Below, in pieces: positions 1 through 9,558 of a stretch of DNA of 32,000 bases (position 1 is the stretch's first letter; each line of letters opens with the position of its first letter). The stretch comes from Candidatus Saganbacteria bacterium (lineage in GTDB: Bacteria; Margulisbacteria; WOR-1; JAKLHX01), in contig JAPLKZ010000013.1 in NCBI GenBank assembly GCA_026387835.1, positions 90,001 through 122,000 on the forward strand. Reading direction: 5' to 3'. The position numbers and the translations under genes are program-made. Below the pieces are notes generated by a model, which saw nothing but the letters and a program-made list of their open reading frames with translations, was not told the DNA's origin and ran no database searches.

Positions 1-1
1 C

Positions 2-1024
2 AAAAAGCAGATAAAAGAATTTAAACCAAAGCATGCTATTGTCAACGATGAGAAAGGATTGATAAAAATTGCTACAGATCCCGGCACGGATATCGTAGTG
101 ATGTCGATCGTCGGGACAGCGGGACTTCCGGCAACCATAGCCGCAATAAAAAAAGGAAAGACGATCCTTCTTGCAAGCAAAGAAATACTTGTTGCTGCCG
201 GGGATATTGTGATGCCTCTGGCAAAGAAGTACAGAGCTAAGATTCTTCCTCTGGATAGCGAGCACAGCGCGGTATTTCAGTGTCTTGGAGGAAAATCCGA
301 AATCCGAAGCACGAAATCCCCCTCGACTTCGCTCGGGGCAAGCGAAAAAAATTCAAAATTCAAAATTCAAAACAACAGAATAAAAAAAATAATCCTCACT
401 GCATCAGGCGGGCCGTTCAGGGCATATTCAAAAGCCCAACTGAAAAAAGTGACCGCAAAACAGGCCCTGGCGCATCCTACATGGAAGATGGGGCCGAAAA
501 TAACGATAGATTCTGCTACGCTGATGAACAAAGGACTTGAGGTCATTGAAGCGCATCATCTTTTCGGGGTTCCTTATGACAAGATCGAGGTCGTCGTTCA
601 TCCGCAGAGCATAATCCATTCGATGGTGGAATTCACCGACGGCTCTATTCTTGCTCAGATGGGAGCCCCTGATATGAGGACTCCGATACAGTATGCGCTT
701 CATTATCCTGACAGGGCACCGAAGAGCTTTGAGACCATCGATATTTCAAAAGCCGGCCAATTAACATTTGAAAAACCGGACGCGGATAGGTTTCCGTGTC
801 TAAAGATTGCATATCAAGCGGGAAAAACAGGCGGGACCATGCCGGCCGTGATGTCCGCGGCGAACGATACTGCGGTCGAGATGTTCCTTAAAGGCAAGAT
901 CAGGTTCACGGATATTCCGAAGATAGTTTTATCGGTAATGAAAAAGCATGAGTTTATCAGAAAACCTTCACTTGCTCAGATACTCAAAGCGGAGAAATGG
1001 GCGAGAACTGAAGCGGGTGTATAA
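2..1024 (+). CDS. dxr: 1-deoxy-D-xylulose 5-phosphate reductoisomerase, 5'-truncated by window edge
   Basis: Protein shows IATDPG..., LASKEILVAAG, LPLDSEHSAVFQCL, ILTASGGPFR, HPTWKMGPKITIDSATLMNKGLEVIEAHHLFG and VEVVVHPQSIIHSMVEF, which are hallmark Dxr motifs. The frame is open back to base 2. It contains an unusual in-frame insert at about 292-378. Confidence 0.95.
   Translation, partial: KKQIKEFKPKHAIVNDEKGLIKIATDPGTDIVVMSIVGTAGLPATIAAIKKGKTILLASKEILVAAGDIVMPLAKKYRAKILPLDSEHSAVFQCLGGKSEIRSTKSPSTSLGASEKNSKFKIQNNRIKKIILTASGGPFRAYSKAQLKKVTAKQALAHPTWKMGPKITIDSATLMNKGLEVIEAHHLFGVPYDKIEVVVHPQSIIHSMVEFTDGSILAQMGAPDMRTPIQYALHYPDRAPKSFETIDISKAGQLTFEKPDADRFPCLKIAYQAGKTGGTMPAVMSAANDTAVEMFLKGKIRFTDIPKIVLSVMKKHEFIRKPSLAQILKAEKWARTEAGV
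292..378. repeat. In-frame repeat-rich insert inside dxr, with a hairpin (CCCCCTCGACTTCGCTCGGGG) and tandem ATTCAAA units
   Basis: Sequence AAATCCGAAATCCGAAGCACGAAATCC-CCCTCGACTTCGCTCGGGGCAAGCGA-AAAAAATTCAAAATTCAAAATTCAAAA lies between two conserved Dxr motifs (DSEHSAVFQCL and ILTASGGPF). It adds roughly 20-25 low-complexity residues. Edges are approximate. Confidence 0.75.
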
Positions 1025-1031
1025 TATACCT

Positions 1032-2732
1032 ATGGACAAAGGACAATTAGAAGTATTGCGCCATTCCACCTCCCACATAATGGCGATGGCGGTAAAGGAA
1101 CTTTTTCCGGAAGCAAAGCTGGCTATAGGCCCCGCGATAGAAGAAGGTTTTTATTATGATTTTGAGATCCCCAGCGTACTTACACCGGAAGACCTCAAGA
1201 AGATCGAAGACAAGATGAAAGAAATAATCAAAAGGGACATTAAATTCGAGCGGATCGAGATGGACAAGGGAAAAGCGATAAAAGAGATGGAAAAACTCGG
1301 GGAAAAATATAAAGTAGAGCTTTTAAAAGAAATTGAAGGTGACAAGGTTACTTTTTATAGGAATGCGGGCTTTACAGATCTTTGCAGAGGGCCGCATATC
1401 GAATCTACGGGAAAAGCAAAAGCTTTCAAGCTGCTCAAACTTGCAGGAGCATACTGGAGAGGAAGCGAAAAGAATAAAATGCTCCAGAGGATTTACGGGA
1501 CATCTTTTGACACGGAAAAAGAACTTGAAGATCATATTAAAAGGATGGAAGAAGCCGAGAAAAGAGACCACAGGCGTCTCGGAAAAGAGCTTGATCTTTT
1601 TAATATCTACCATGAAGAAGCGGGAGCCGGACTTGTGTTTTATCATCCGAAAGGCGCAGTCTTAAGGGGGGTGATAGAGGATTACCTGAAAGCAGAGCAC
1701 AGAAAACGCGGCTACCAGACGGTCATCATCCCTCATATTGCGAAAATGGATCTCTGGCAGACATCAGGCCACGCGGATTATTACAAAGACAACATGTATT
1801 TCATGGATATCGACGAACAAAAGTATGTGCTGAAACCGATGAACTGCCCGGGACATATTTTGATATACAAAAGGAAACTGAACAGCTACCGTGACCTGCC
1901 GGTAAGGTTTTTCGAACTTGGGACAGTATACAGGCATGAAAGGTCCGGCGTGCTCCACGGACTTCTAAGGGTCCGCGGTTTCACGCAGGATGACGCGCAT
2001 ATCTTCTGCAGGCCGGACCAGCTGCAGGATGAGATCAAAAAAGTGATCGACTTTGCTTTTGACATGCTTAGGAAGTTCGGTTTCGAGGAGTTCGAAGTCT
2101 ATCTTTCCACAAGGCCGGAAGGATCGGTCGGTTCCGACGACAACTGGAACCACGCGACTGCCGCCCTTGAAGAAGCGTTGAAAAGCAAAAAAATAAAGTA
2201 TGAGGTCGATCCCGGTGCTGGAGTTTTTTACGGACCGAAGATCGATGTTAAGCTGAAAGACGCGATAGGCCGCGCGTGGCAGGGGCCGACCATCCAGGTG
2301 GACTTCAACCTTCCCGAAAGGTTCGACCTTTCATATATAGGCGAGGACGGGGCAAAACACCGGCCGGTCATGATCCATAGAGTAGTGTTAGGTAGCATGG
2401 AACGCTTTATCGGGGCTTTGACCGAACATTATGCCGGAGCATTCCCGTTCTGGCTAGCTCCGGTCCAAGTCATCATTCTCCCGATATCGGACAGGCATAT
2501 CAATTATGCTGAAGAGGTTATCAGGAAATTAGGCGATCAGGATATCAGGGCTGAACTTGACGCTAGAAGAGAGAAGATAGGACTAAAAATCAGAGAAGCC
2601 CAGCTACAGAAGGTCCCGTACATGCTCGTGATAGGCGACAAGGAAGTCGAAGCAAAGACTGTTGCTGTCCGCTCCAGGGAAAAAGGCGACCTGGGCGCAA
2701 AACCCCTGGAAGAGTTCATCCGCTCGATATAA
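1032..2732 (+). CDS. thrS: Threonyl-tRNA synthetase, short form starting at the editing domain
   Basis: Motifs include LRHSTSHIMAMAV, CRGPHIESTG, VLKPMNCPGHILIYK, YRHERSGVLHGLLRVRGFTQDDAHIFC and HRVVLGSMERFIGALTEHYAGAFPFWLAPVQV. The ATG at 1032 (MDKGQLEVLRHS) is preferred to the track start at 948, which overlaps dxr. Confidence 0.93.
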   Translation: MDKGQLEVLRHSTSHIMAMAVKELFPEAKLAIGPAIEEGFYYDFEIPSVLTPEDLKKIEDKMKEIIKRDIKFERIEMDKGKAIKEMEKLGEKYKVELLKEIEGDKVTFYRNAGFTDLCRGPHIESTGKAKAFKLLKLAGAYWRGSEKNKMLQRIYGTSFDTEKELEDHIKRMEEAEKRDHRRLGKELDLFNIYHEEAGAGLVFYHPKGAVLRGVIEDYLKAEHRKRGYQTVIIPHIAKMDLWQTSGHADYYKDNMYFMDIDEQKYVLKPMNCPGHILIYKRKLNSYRDLPVRFFELGTVYRHERSGVLHGLLRVRGFTQDDAHIFCRPDQLQDEIKKVIDFAFDMLRKFGFEEFEVYLSTRPEGSVGSDDNWNHATAALEEALKSKKIKYEVDPGAGVFYGPKIDVKLKDAIGRAWQGPTIQVDFNLPERFDLSYIGEDGAKHRPVMIHRVVLGSMERFIGALTEHYAGAFPFWLAPVQVIILPISDRHINYAEEVIRKLGDQDIRAELDARREKIGLKIREAQLQKVPYMLVIGDKEVEAKTVAVRSREKGDLGAKPLEEFIRSI

Positions 2733-2830
2733 TTTACTGCCGGAACAATTCATTTTCAGTTATTTTCAAAATAAGTGAAATTTATCCATGAAATCTACGA
2801 TACTCTAATAGAACGACTTAAGGAGAAAAA

Positions 2831-3469
2831 ATGACACAACAAATGAGGATCGAACGCAGTTTAATACTTCGCCCGATCGCGATGACGCTGACAAGGATGA
2901 TAATGGGACAGCCCAAAACGCTCGGTAGGAAATGGTTCGAAGGTGTCGGTGAGGGTCATGTGGCGACAGGCACCACAGGCGGCCGCACTACTTTTGATCT
3001 TCCGTTGCTGTTCAAGCCCGATACACCCTTAAAAGATGTAAAACCGGCAGTCTCAGGACTGTGCTTTGACCAGGCATCAAAACTTCTGAACAGAGGAAGA
3101 GCTGTTTTTACCGCGAGAGGAAATTACACGCAGGCAGCAATGGATACATACAGGGCGGAGTTCCTTGCACTTCCGCATGAGGGATCTGACGAAAGGCTTT
3201 TTGCGCTGTTCATGATGATGGCCGCATTCCCGTTCACACTAGATAATATGATTGCAGAAACAGGTTCTAATGTCATGATCGGAACGATAAGACCACTGGA
3301 AGGCCCGAGGGTAGTTCTTGATTTTGAAAGGCACAAAGGGAAAGTCGATGTGCAATCCGTTGCAAACATGTTCCTTGCGCACTTGAATATCATCTCAGGC
3401 ATCGAGCCTAAACTCGTAGAAAGAACGGATGGCGATCCTTTGCTTAGACTTGTTTTTCCGAAAGAATAG
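2831..3469 (+). CDS. Hypothetical protein (212 aa)
   Basis: Complete ORF preceded by an AGGAGAAAA ribosome-binding site. Good coding character. No recognised family. Confidence 0.75.
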   Translation: MTQQMRIERSLILRPIAMTLTRMIMGQPKTLGRKWFEGVGEGHVATGTTGGRTTFDLPLLFKPDTPLKDVKPAVSGLCFDQASKLLNRGRAVFTARGNYTQAAMDTYRAEFLALPHEGSDERLFALFMMMAAFPFTLDNMIAETGSNVMIGTIRPLEGPRVVLDFERHKGKVDVQSVANMFLAHLNIISGIEPKLVERTDGDPLLRLVFPKE

Positions 3470-3476
3470 GGCAGAG

Positions 3477-3600
3477 CTACTGTTTTATTACGATATTAAT
3501 TAATCTTCTGTTTGCAAAGATTATCTTTACGATCTCTTTGTTTTCAATGTTCTGTTTGATTTTTTCCGACATGAGGGCTTTTTTTACTGAAATTCTCCAT
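3477..3600 (-). pseudogene. Remnant duplicate of the leuS 3' end
   Basis: The reverse strand encodes ...[35 protein letters not shown]. The real LeuS C-terminus (4417 end) is ...[34 protein letters not shown]. Many of the codon differences are synonymous. No upstream leuS body is attached. Confidence 0.85.
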
Positions 3601-3632
3601 TATTTTAACGATATATAAATAGAGGGCAAAAA

Positions 3633-4415
3633 ATGGGCGAGATCAACAGAACAGAGACTAAACAAAACGTTGCAGCGCAGGCAGGAAAAACAAACGAAAG
3701 AACAATTAACCTGCCCGATGAAAAAAGCAGGAGTTCGATGTCCGGGCCGGTCATCGATGACGGACTGGACAGGTTCGACCGCGACATCTGGAGTAAGGCC
3801 CACGGCTGGGCAAACGGAGCCCCGTTCAATAACGGGTGGAGATCGGACCATGTGGCGTTCGAGAACGGCAGGATGGTTCTGACGCTCGACAACACCGCGA
3901 GTTCAGGAAAACCGTACACTTCCGGTGAATACAGGACAAAAGACTTTTACGGATACGGCACGCTTGAGGCAAGCATCAAAGCGGCTGCGGGCGAAGGCAT
4001 AATGGGGGGGTCATTGTTCTTCTGCACCGGCCCTTACGACAATAACCCGTGGGACGAGATAGACATCGAGATCATCAAAGGGAAAATGCAGGTCAATTAT
4101 ATTACTAACGGTAACGGGAACAACGAAAGAACGATCGAGCTTGGATTTGATCCTTCAAAAGCTTTTCACACGTATAAAATAGAATGGCGGCCTGACATGA
4201 TCATCTGGTCGGTCGACGAAAAAGAGGTGCACAGAGAGAACGGTTCCCGCAGTCCTCTTCCGAAGACCCCCGGAAGGATCATCGCTAATTTGTGGACAGG
4301 TAAAGATGTTGACGGTTGGCTGGGGAAGTTTGAATACAGATCCCCGTTGAGAGCCGAATATGACTGGATAAAATACACGCCTTTTAAAGACAAGACGTCC
4401 GGCTGCAATAAATAG
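3633..4415 (+). CDS. GH16-family beta-glucanase-like protein
   Basis: Contains YTSGEYRTKDFYGYGTLEASIKAA, the WDEIDIEI catalytic motif of clan GH-B/GH16, and the downstream HTYKIEWRPDMIIWSVDEKEVH typical of lichenase-type GH16. Confidence 0.88.
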   Translation: MGEINRTETKQNVAAQAGKTNERTINLPDEKSRSSMSGPVIDDGLDRFDRDIWSKAHGWANGAPFNNGWRSDHVAFENGRMVLTLDNTASSGKPYTSGEYRTKDFYGYGTLEASIKAAAGEGIMGGSLFFCTGPYDNNPWDEIDIEIIKGKMQVNYITNGNGNNERTIELGFDPSKAFHTYKIEWRPDMIIWSVDEKEVHRENGSRSPLPKTPGRIIANLWTGKDVDGWLGKFEYRSPLRAEYDWIKYTPFKDKTSGCNK

Positions 4416-4416
4416 T

Positions 4417-6837
4417 TTATTTTACGACTATATTTATCAGTCTTCTGTTTGCGAAGATTATCTTCACGATCTCTTTATCCCCGATATTCTGTTTGATCTT
4501 TTCCAGTGCTAAGGCTTTTTCTCTTGCTTCTTTTTCGCTTATATCAGCCGGAACGGTCATCTTGTCGCGCAGCTTGCCGTTCACCTGAATCGGGATCTCG
4601 ATCTCTGTATCTTTGGCAAGAGTACTGTCAAAAGACGGCCATGCCTGATCAGATATGCTGCCTTTTCCCCCTGCAACACTCCAGAGCTCTTCGGCGATAT
4701 GAGGAGCGAAAGGGGAAAGAAGAAGGATCAGTTTCTGTGCAGCCTCCGGGCTAAGTTCCTGTCCCTGTAAAGTATTTGACAGCTCCATTATCTTTGCGAT
4801 CGCGGTGTTGAACGAGAATTTCTCTATGTCTTCGGTCACGCATTTGATGGTTTTATGGAGTTTTTGGACAGCTTCTTTGTCTGCTGCCGGCAGGACATTT
4901 CCTGCATTCTTGTTTTGCACAAGTTTCCAGATCCTGTTAAGGAACCTGTAGCAGCCTTCCACCCCGGCGTCGCTCCATTCAAGTTCCCTTTCAGGCGGTG
5001 AAGCAAATAATATGAATAGTCTTGCCGTGTCGGCCCCGTATCTTTCGATTATATAGTCAGGGTCTATTACGTTGCCTTTTGACTTGCTCATCTTTGCTCC
5101 GTCTTTTACGACCATGCCTTGAGTCAGAAGATTTTTGAACGGTTCATCTACCGGTACGAGTTTCAGGTCAAACAGGACTTTAGTAAAGAACCGTGAATAG
5201 AGAAGATGCAGTATCGCGTGTTCTATTCCACCGATATATTGATCGACAGGGAACCAGTATTTCAGGTCATCAGAGTTGAAAGGCTTGCCGGTCTCTTTCG
5301 GGTTCACGTACCTGAAGAAATACCATGAGGAGCAGTTGAAAGTGTCCAGAGTGTCCGTTTCTCTTTTTCCCGGTCCGCCGCACTTCGGGCATTTTGTGTT
5401 GACAAAATCTTTGACTTTAGAAAGAGGGGATCCTCCTTCACCTGTGAATTTAACTTCGTACGGAAGTTTAACCGGCAAGTCTTTCTCGGGAACAGGGACT
5501 GCTCCGCATTTTTTGCAATATACAATTGGTATCGGGGCTCCCCAATACCTCTGCCGTGAAATCAGCCAGTCCCGCATCTTGAAGTTGACTTCCCTTTTTC
5601 CGCTGCCATTATCTATAAGCCAGTCGGTTATTGCTTTTATCGCATCGTTGCTTTTTAGCCCGTTGAACCGGTCGGAATTTACCATGATGCCTTCATCAAC
5701 AAAAGCGCATTCCATATCGTTAAAGGGCGCACGACCGTGCGCCCCTACAGGGGCAATTACTTCTTTAATTGGCAGGTTGAATGTTTTTGCGAACTCAAAA
5801 TCTCTCTGATCATGTGCGGGCACCGCCATCACTGCTCCTGTCCCGTACTCCATCAGAACATAATCTGATGTCCATACGGGGATCTTTTCCCCTGTCGCCG
5901 GATTGACCGCGTATGCACCGGTGAACTCCCCTGTCTTTTCCGTGGCTTTTTCGCGTGACGAAGCGGACTCTTTCTTAACGCTATCTATATATGTAAGGAC
6001 GGCTTTTTCCTGCTTTGTCCCTTTTGAAAGCTCTTTTGTGTATGGATGTTCGGGAGCAAGAGTCATATATGTCACCCCGAACAGAGTGTCGGGCCTTGTG
6101 GTGAACACCTCCAACTCTTTGTCCGAGCCGTCGATCTTGAATTTGATGCTCATTCCTTCTGACCTGCCGATCCAGTTGCGCTGCATGATCTTGACGCTGT
6201 CAGGCCAGCCAGCAAGTTTTTCGATGTCATCGAGAAGCCTTTGAGCGTATGCTGTTATTTTGAAGAACCATTGCTCCAGGTCCTTTTCGCCGACAACGGA
6301 CTCACACCTCCAGCATTTGCCGTCCTTGACCTGCTCGTTGGCCAGTACGGTCTCGCATTTAGGGCACCAGTTGACGAGAGATTTCTTCTTGTAGGCGAGC
6401 CCCGCTTCGTAGAACTTGATGAATATCCACTGCGTCCATTTATAATAATCTTCTTTGCTGGTAGTGACCTCCCTGCTCCAGTCATAAGAAAGCCCGAGCC
6501 GCTTGAGCTGGGACTTCATCTGAATTATGCACTTTTCCGTCCAGTCCTTTGGATGCGAATTGTTCTTTATCGCGGCGTTCTCAGCGGGCATGCCGAAAGC
6601 ATCCCAGCCGATCGGGTGAAGCACGTTGAACCCTTTCATCTTTTTATAGCGCGCGATGATGTCGCCGATGGCATAATTGCGCACGTGGCCCATGTGGATC
6701 GCGCCGGAAGGATAGGGGAACATAACAAGGTCGTAAAATTTAGGTTTCCCTGACTTGTTCGGCACCTCGAATGATCTGTTCTTTTCCCAGAAGGACTGCC
6801 ATCTGGATTCGATATCTTTGTGGTTATAATCGGGCAT
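4417..6837 (-). CDS. leuS: Leucyl-tRNA synthetase
   Basis: Contains [66 protein letters not shown] and [21 protein letters not shown] (KMSKS). Confidence 0.97.
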   Translation of the reverse strand: MPDYNHKDIESRWQSFWEKNRSFEVPNKSGKPKFYDLVMFPYPSGAIHMGHVRNYAIGDIIARYKKMKGFNVLHPIGWDAFGMPAENAAIKNNSHPKDWTEKCIIQMKSQLKRLGLSYDWSREVTTSKEDYYKWTQWIFIKFYEAGLAYKKKSLVNWCPKCETVLANEQVKDGKCWRCESVVGEKDLEQWFFKITAYAQRLLDDIEKLAGWPDSVKIMQRNWIGRSEGMSIKFKIDGSDKELEVFTTRPDTLFGVTYMTLAPEHPYTKELSKGTKQEKAVLTYIDSVKKESASSREKATEKTGEFTGAYAVNPATGEKIPVWTSDYVLMEYGTGAVMAVPAHDQRDFEFAKTFNLPIKEVIAPVGAHGRAPFNDMECAFVDEGIMVNSDRFNGLKSNDAIKAITDWLIDNGSGKREVNFKMRDWLISRQRYWGAPIPIVYCKKCGAVPVPEKDLPVKLPYEVKFTGEGGSPLSKVKDFVNTKCPKCGGPGKRETDTLDTFNCSSWYFFRYVNPKETGKPFNSDDLKYWFPVDQYIGGIEHAILHLLYSRFFTKVLFDLKLVPVDEPFKNLLTQGMVVKDGAKMSKSKGNVIDPDYIIERYGADTARLFILFASPPERELEWSDAGVEGCYRFLNRIWKLVQNKNAGNVLPAADKEAVQKLHKTIKCVTEDIEKFSFNTAIAKIMELSNTLQGQELSPEAAQKLILLLSPFAPHIAEELWSVAGGKGSISDQAWPSFDSTLAKDTEIEIPIQVNGKLRDKMTVPADISEKEAREKALALEKIKQNIGDKEIVKIIFANRRLINIVVK
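5725..5754. repeat. Palindromic element embedded in-frame in leuS
   Basis: GGGCGCACG-AC-CGTGCGCCC is a perfect 9-bp stem, overlapped by GCCCC-TACA-GGGGC, a perfect 5-bp stem. It encodes the unusual peptide [10 protein letters not shown] on the minus strand. Confidence 0.8.
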
Positions 6838-6876
6838 ATAAATAAGTATAATCCATCATGATATAATAATCAAAAT

Positions 6877-8052
6877 ATGTATAACTTGCCAGATAAAAAC
6901 GGATATTTCGGGAAATACGGAGGGACATTTGTACCTGAAACACTGATGCCGTGCGTCGAAGAACTCAAAGAAGCATATTACTCGTTAAAACATGACCAAA
7001 GCCTTAAAAAAGAAATAGGTCATTATCTCAGGGATTTTGCAGGCAGACCGACCCCTCTTTATCTTGCACAAAACCTTTCAAGAAAACACGGTTTCAAGAT
7101 CTATCTGAAAAGGGAAGACCTATGCCACACCGGAGCGCACAAGATAAATAATTGCATCGGGCAGATCCTTCTCGCAAGAAAAATGGGAAAGAAAAGGATA
7201 ATAGCAGAGACCGGGGCCGGCCAGCACGGCGTCGCGACAGCGACTGTTGCGGCTTTGTTCGGTCTGAAATGCATCGTCTATATGGGCTCTGAGGATATCA
7301 GGCGGCAGGCTTTGAACGTTTACAGGATGGAGCTTCTCGGCGCGGAGGTAAGGCCGGTAAAGACGGGCAGCAGGACTTTAAAAGAGGCGATAAACGAAGC
7401 GCTCCGCGACTGGATGGCGAACGTGAAAGACACTTATTATCTCATCGGTTCATGCGTCGGCCCGCATCCATATCCGATGATGGTCAGGGATTTCCAGAAA
7501 GTGATAGGGGAGGAAACAAAAAAACAGGTCAAAGCCGCGGAGGACAGACTACCTGATATCGCAGCCGCGTGCGTCGGCGGCGGCAGCAATTCCATCGGGA
7601 TGTTCTATCCGTTCATCGACGACGCTTCAGTCAGGCTGGTCGGACTTGAGGCCGGCGGCAGGAGCATGAAGATCGGCGAAAACGGGGCGGCACTCGCAAA
7701 AGGAAAGACCGGGATACTCCACGGGTCAAAAAGCTATGTCCTGCAGACGGCAGACGGTCAGATCGCGGGTACGCATTCTATCTCAGCGGGGCTGGACTAT
7801 CCGGGCGTCGGGCCCGAGCACGCGTATTTGAAAGACTGCGGAAGAGTGAAATATGAAAGTATCAGTGATAAAGAAGCCGCGGCCGCTTTTGAATATCTGG
7901 CAAAAGAAGAGGGAATAATCCCCGCGCTTGAATCCGCCCACGCGGTAGCTTACCTGAAAAAATTGTCCGGGAAACTATCAAAAGATAAGATAGTCGTGAT
8001 ATGCCTGTCGGGACGCGGCGATAAAGATATCGATATGACAAGGAAAAGATGA
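6877..8052 (+). CDS. trpB: Tryptophan synthase beta chain
   Basis: Contains [41 protein letters not shown] (PLP lysine), [33 protein letters not shown] and [16 protein letters not shown]. Confidence 0.97.
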   Translation: MYNLPDKNGYFGKYGGTFVPETLMPCVEELKEAYYSLKHDQSLKKEIGHYLRDFAGRPTPLYLAQNLSRKHGFKIYLKREDLCHTGAHKINNCIGQILLARKMGKKRIIAETGAGQHGVATATVAALFGLKCIVYMGSEDIRRQALNVYRMELLGAEVRPVKTGSRTLKEAINEALRDWMANVKDTYYLIGSCVGPHPYPMMVRDFQKVIGEETKKQVKAAEDRLPDIAAACVGGGSNSIGMFYPFIDDASVRLVGLEAGGRSMKIGENGAALAKGKTGILHGSKSYVLQTADGQIAGTHSISAGLDYPGVGPEHAYLKDCGRVKYESISDKEAAAAFEYLAKEEGIIPALESAHAVAYLKKLSGKLSKDKIVVICLSGRGDKDIDMTRKR

Positions 8053-8062
8053 ATGCCGTCCT

Positions 8063-9514
8063 CTAAACGGTCCTTCTAAACTTATCCAGCCCCTGGATCT
8101 TAAGCAAATTGTTGACCATTCCCACGGCATCCTTTTTCAGGTCCGATACGGAAGATGCCAATTCGATGTAATCTTTTTTGTAGATCAGATCAGAGCCGGG
8201 GATGGAGGCAAAAACATTATAATAATCCTTGGTGACGGGGTTGTTCTTTACCGTTTCGGCGAAGTGTCTTATTGAAGCCGCGGAATCGCCCGCTTCATGG
8301 TACACTTCGCTGATCGCATACCTCGGCTCCTTGATCTCCATATTTATCATCACGCGCATACCGGGCACACAAACGCGGACAGCCGGGATGTCCAATTTGA
8401 GATGGGTCTTGTCGATGACAACGGTCTTGTATCCGGATTTTTCCAGTATCCCCATAATATAGAGTATCTCTTCCTTTATATCAGGCTTGCACGCGCTGGG
8501 GACCTCATCCATCGTGACGCTTTTTTTACTTTTCAGGAGCATCTCCGTGTTATATAAAGGAAGGAAACCCGTATGTTTTTTAGGCAGCGCGGACATGACC
8601 TCTTTCCAGTTGACATTCAGCTCTTCCTGAGAAACGCACATAAGGGAAAAACCCTCAAAATATTCTGCCAGGGCCCTGATCAGCGCTTTTTGCGGGTCCG
8701 TGCTAGCCCCCTGGCCGACCCCCTGATAAGTAAGTTTGTCTTTGTCCTGTTCGCGGATGCCGTAAGCTATGAAGGTCGGCACTTTGAAATCAAAAGAGAT
8801 GTCCTTTATTGTGAATTTGATCCCGTTCTTCTGAGAATTTTCCAGAACTCTTGTCACAAGAAGATTATTGATGCTTTCAAGCTTCAGGTCATTTCCCGGT
8901 TCCATGTCCATGAAAAGACGGCAGATGTTCTCCCTTTCTATGACCTCGCAAAGGGCCTGCAGTATAGCCTCTTCCATCGTGTTGCCGGCTGCGAGCCCGT
9001 TGGACCCGACCACCATGTTATGCCAGTTCACCGGATAATAGAACGGTTTCCGGTCGTTAAGGCACGTGCCCAGGACCCATTTAAGAGGTATGTCCTTTAT
9101 TTCCCTGAGCAGTTCATCGCGGTCTTTCAGGTCGATGAAATTGCAGAGGAAATATGATTCGTCAACTGTCTGGATATCCCCCTTTTTGATCTCGTTAAAG
9201 CTTTTCAGGCAATATCCCTCATAATGTTCATAATCAAAATGCAGCCACGAATACCGTTCCGCGAATTCCATGACCGCGCTGGCCTTTGATTGTTCCGGAG
9301 TGAGGCCCTTGCCGCTGGTCTTAAGTTTGTCGCTTATGCTTGAAAAAGAATAAGCGCCTTCAATGGCGTCTTTCCTGGGTTCGATCCTGAAACTTGACAG
9401 GTCAAGCATTGTTTCCAGATGTTTTAAGGCGTTTTCTATTGTCGAGGAAGGGTCCGTGACCTTGTCCTGGTCAAGCGTGTATTTTTTCGGGCAACTTTTA
9501 AGTTCGATCACCAT
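8063..9514 (-). CDS. Stand-alone YcaO-domain protein
   Basis: SNGLAAGNTMEEAILQALCEVIERENICRLF and GQGASTDPQKALIRALAEYFEG match YcaO ATP-binding signatures. Confidence 0.85.
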   Translation of the reverse strand: MVIELKSCPKKYTLDQDKVTDPSSTIENALKHLETMLDLSSFRIEPRKDAIEGAYSFSSISDKLKTSGKGLTPEQSKASAVMEFAERYSWLHFDYEHYEGYCLKSFNEIKKGDIQTVDESYFLCNFIDLKDRDELLREIKDIPLKWVLGTCLNDRKPFYYPVNWHNMVVGSNGLAAGNTMEEAILQALCEVIERENICRLFMDMEPGNDLKLESINNLLVTRVLENSQKNGIKFTIKDISFDFKVPTFIAYGIREQDKDKLTYQGVGQGASTDPQKALIRALAEYFEGFSLMCVSQEELNVNWKEVMSALPKKHTGFLPLYNTEMLLKSKKSVTMDEVPSACKPDIKEEILYIMGILEKSGYKTVVIDKTHLKLDIPAVRVCVPGMRVMINMEIKEPRYAISEVYHEAGDSAASIRHFAETVKNNPVTKDYYNVFASIPGSDLIYKKDYIELASSVSDLKKDAVGMVNNLLKIQGLDKFRRTV

Positions 9515-9558
9515 AGGTCATTTCAATTATATATGTTCGCTGTCTTTATTCAAGAGGA

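Noticed and set aside
5276-5809. 177-aa plus-strand ORF and other long ORFs opposite leuS (5903-6753)
   Set aside because: Antisense shadows of a strongly supported leuS. No family resemblance or independent ribosome-binding-site context.
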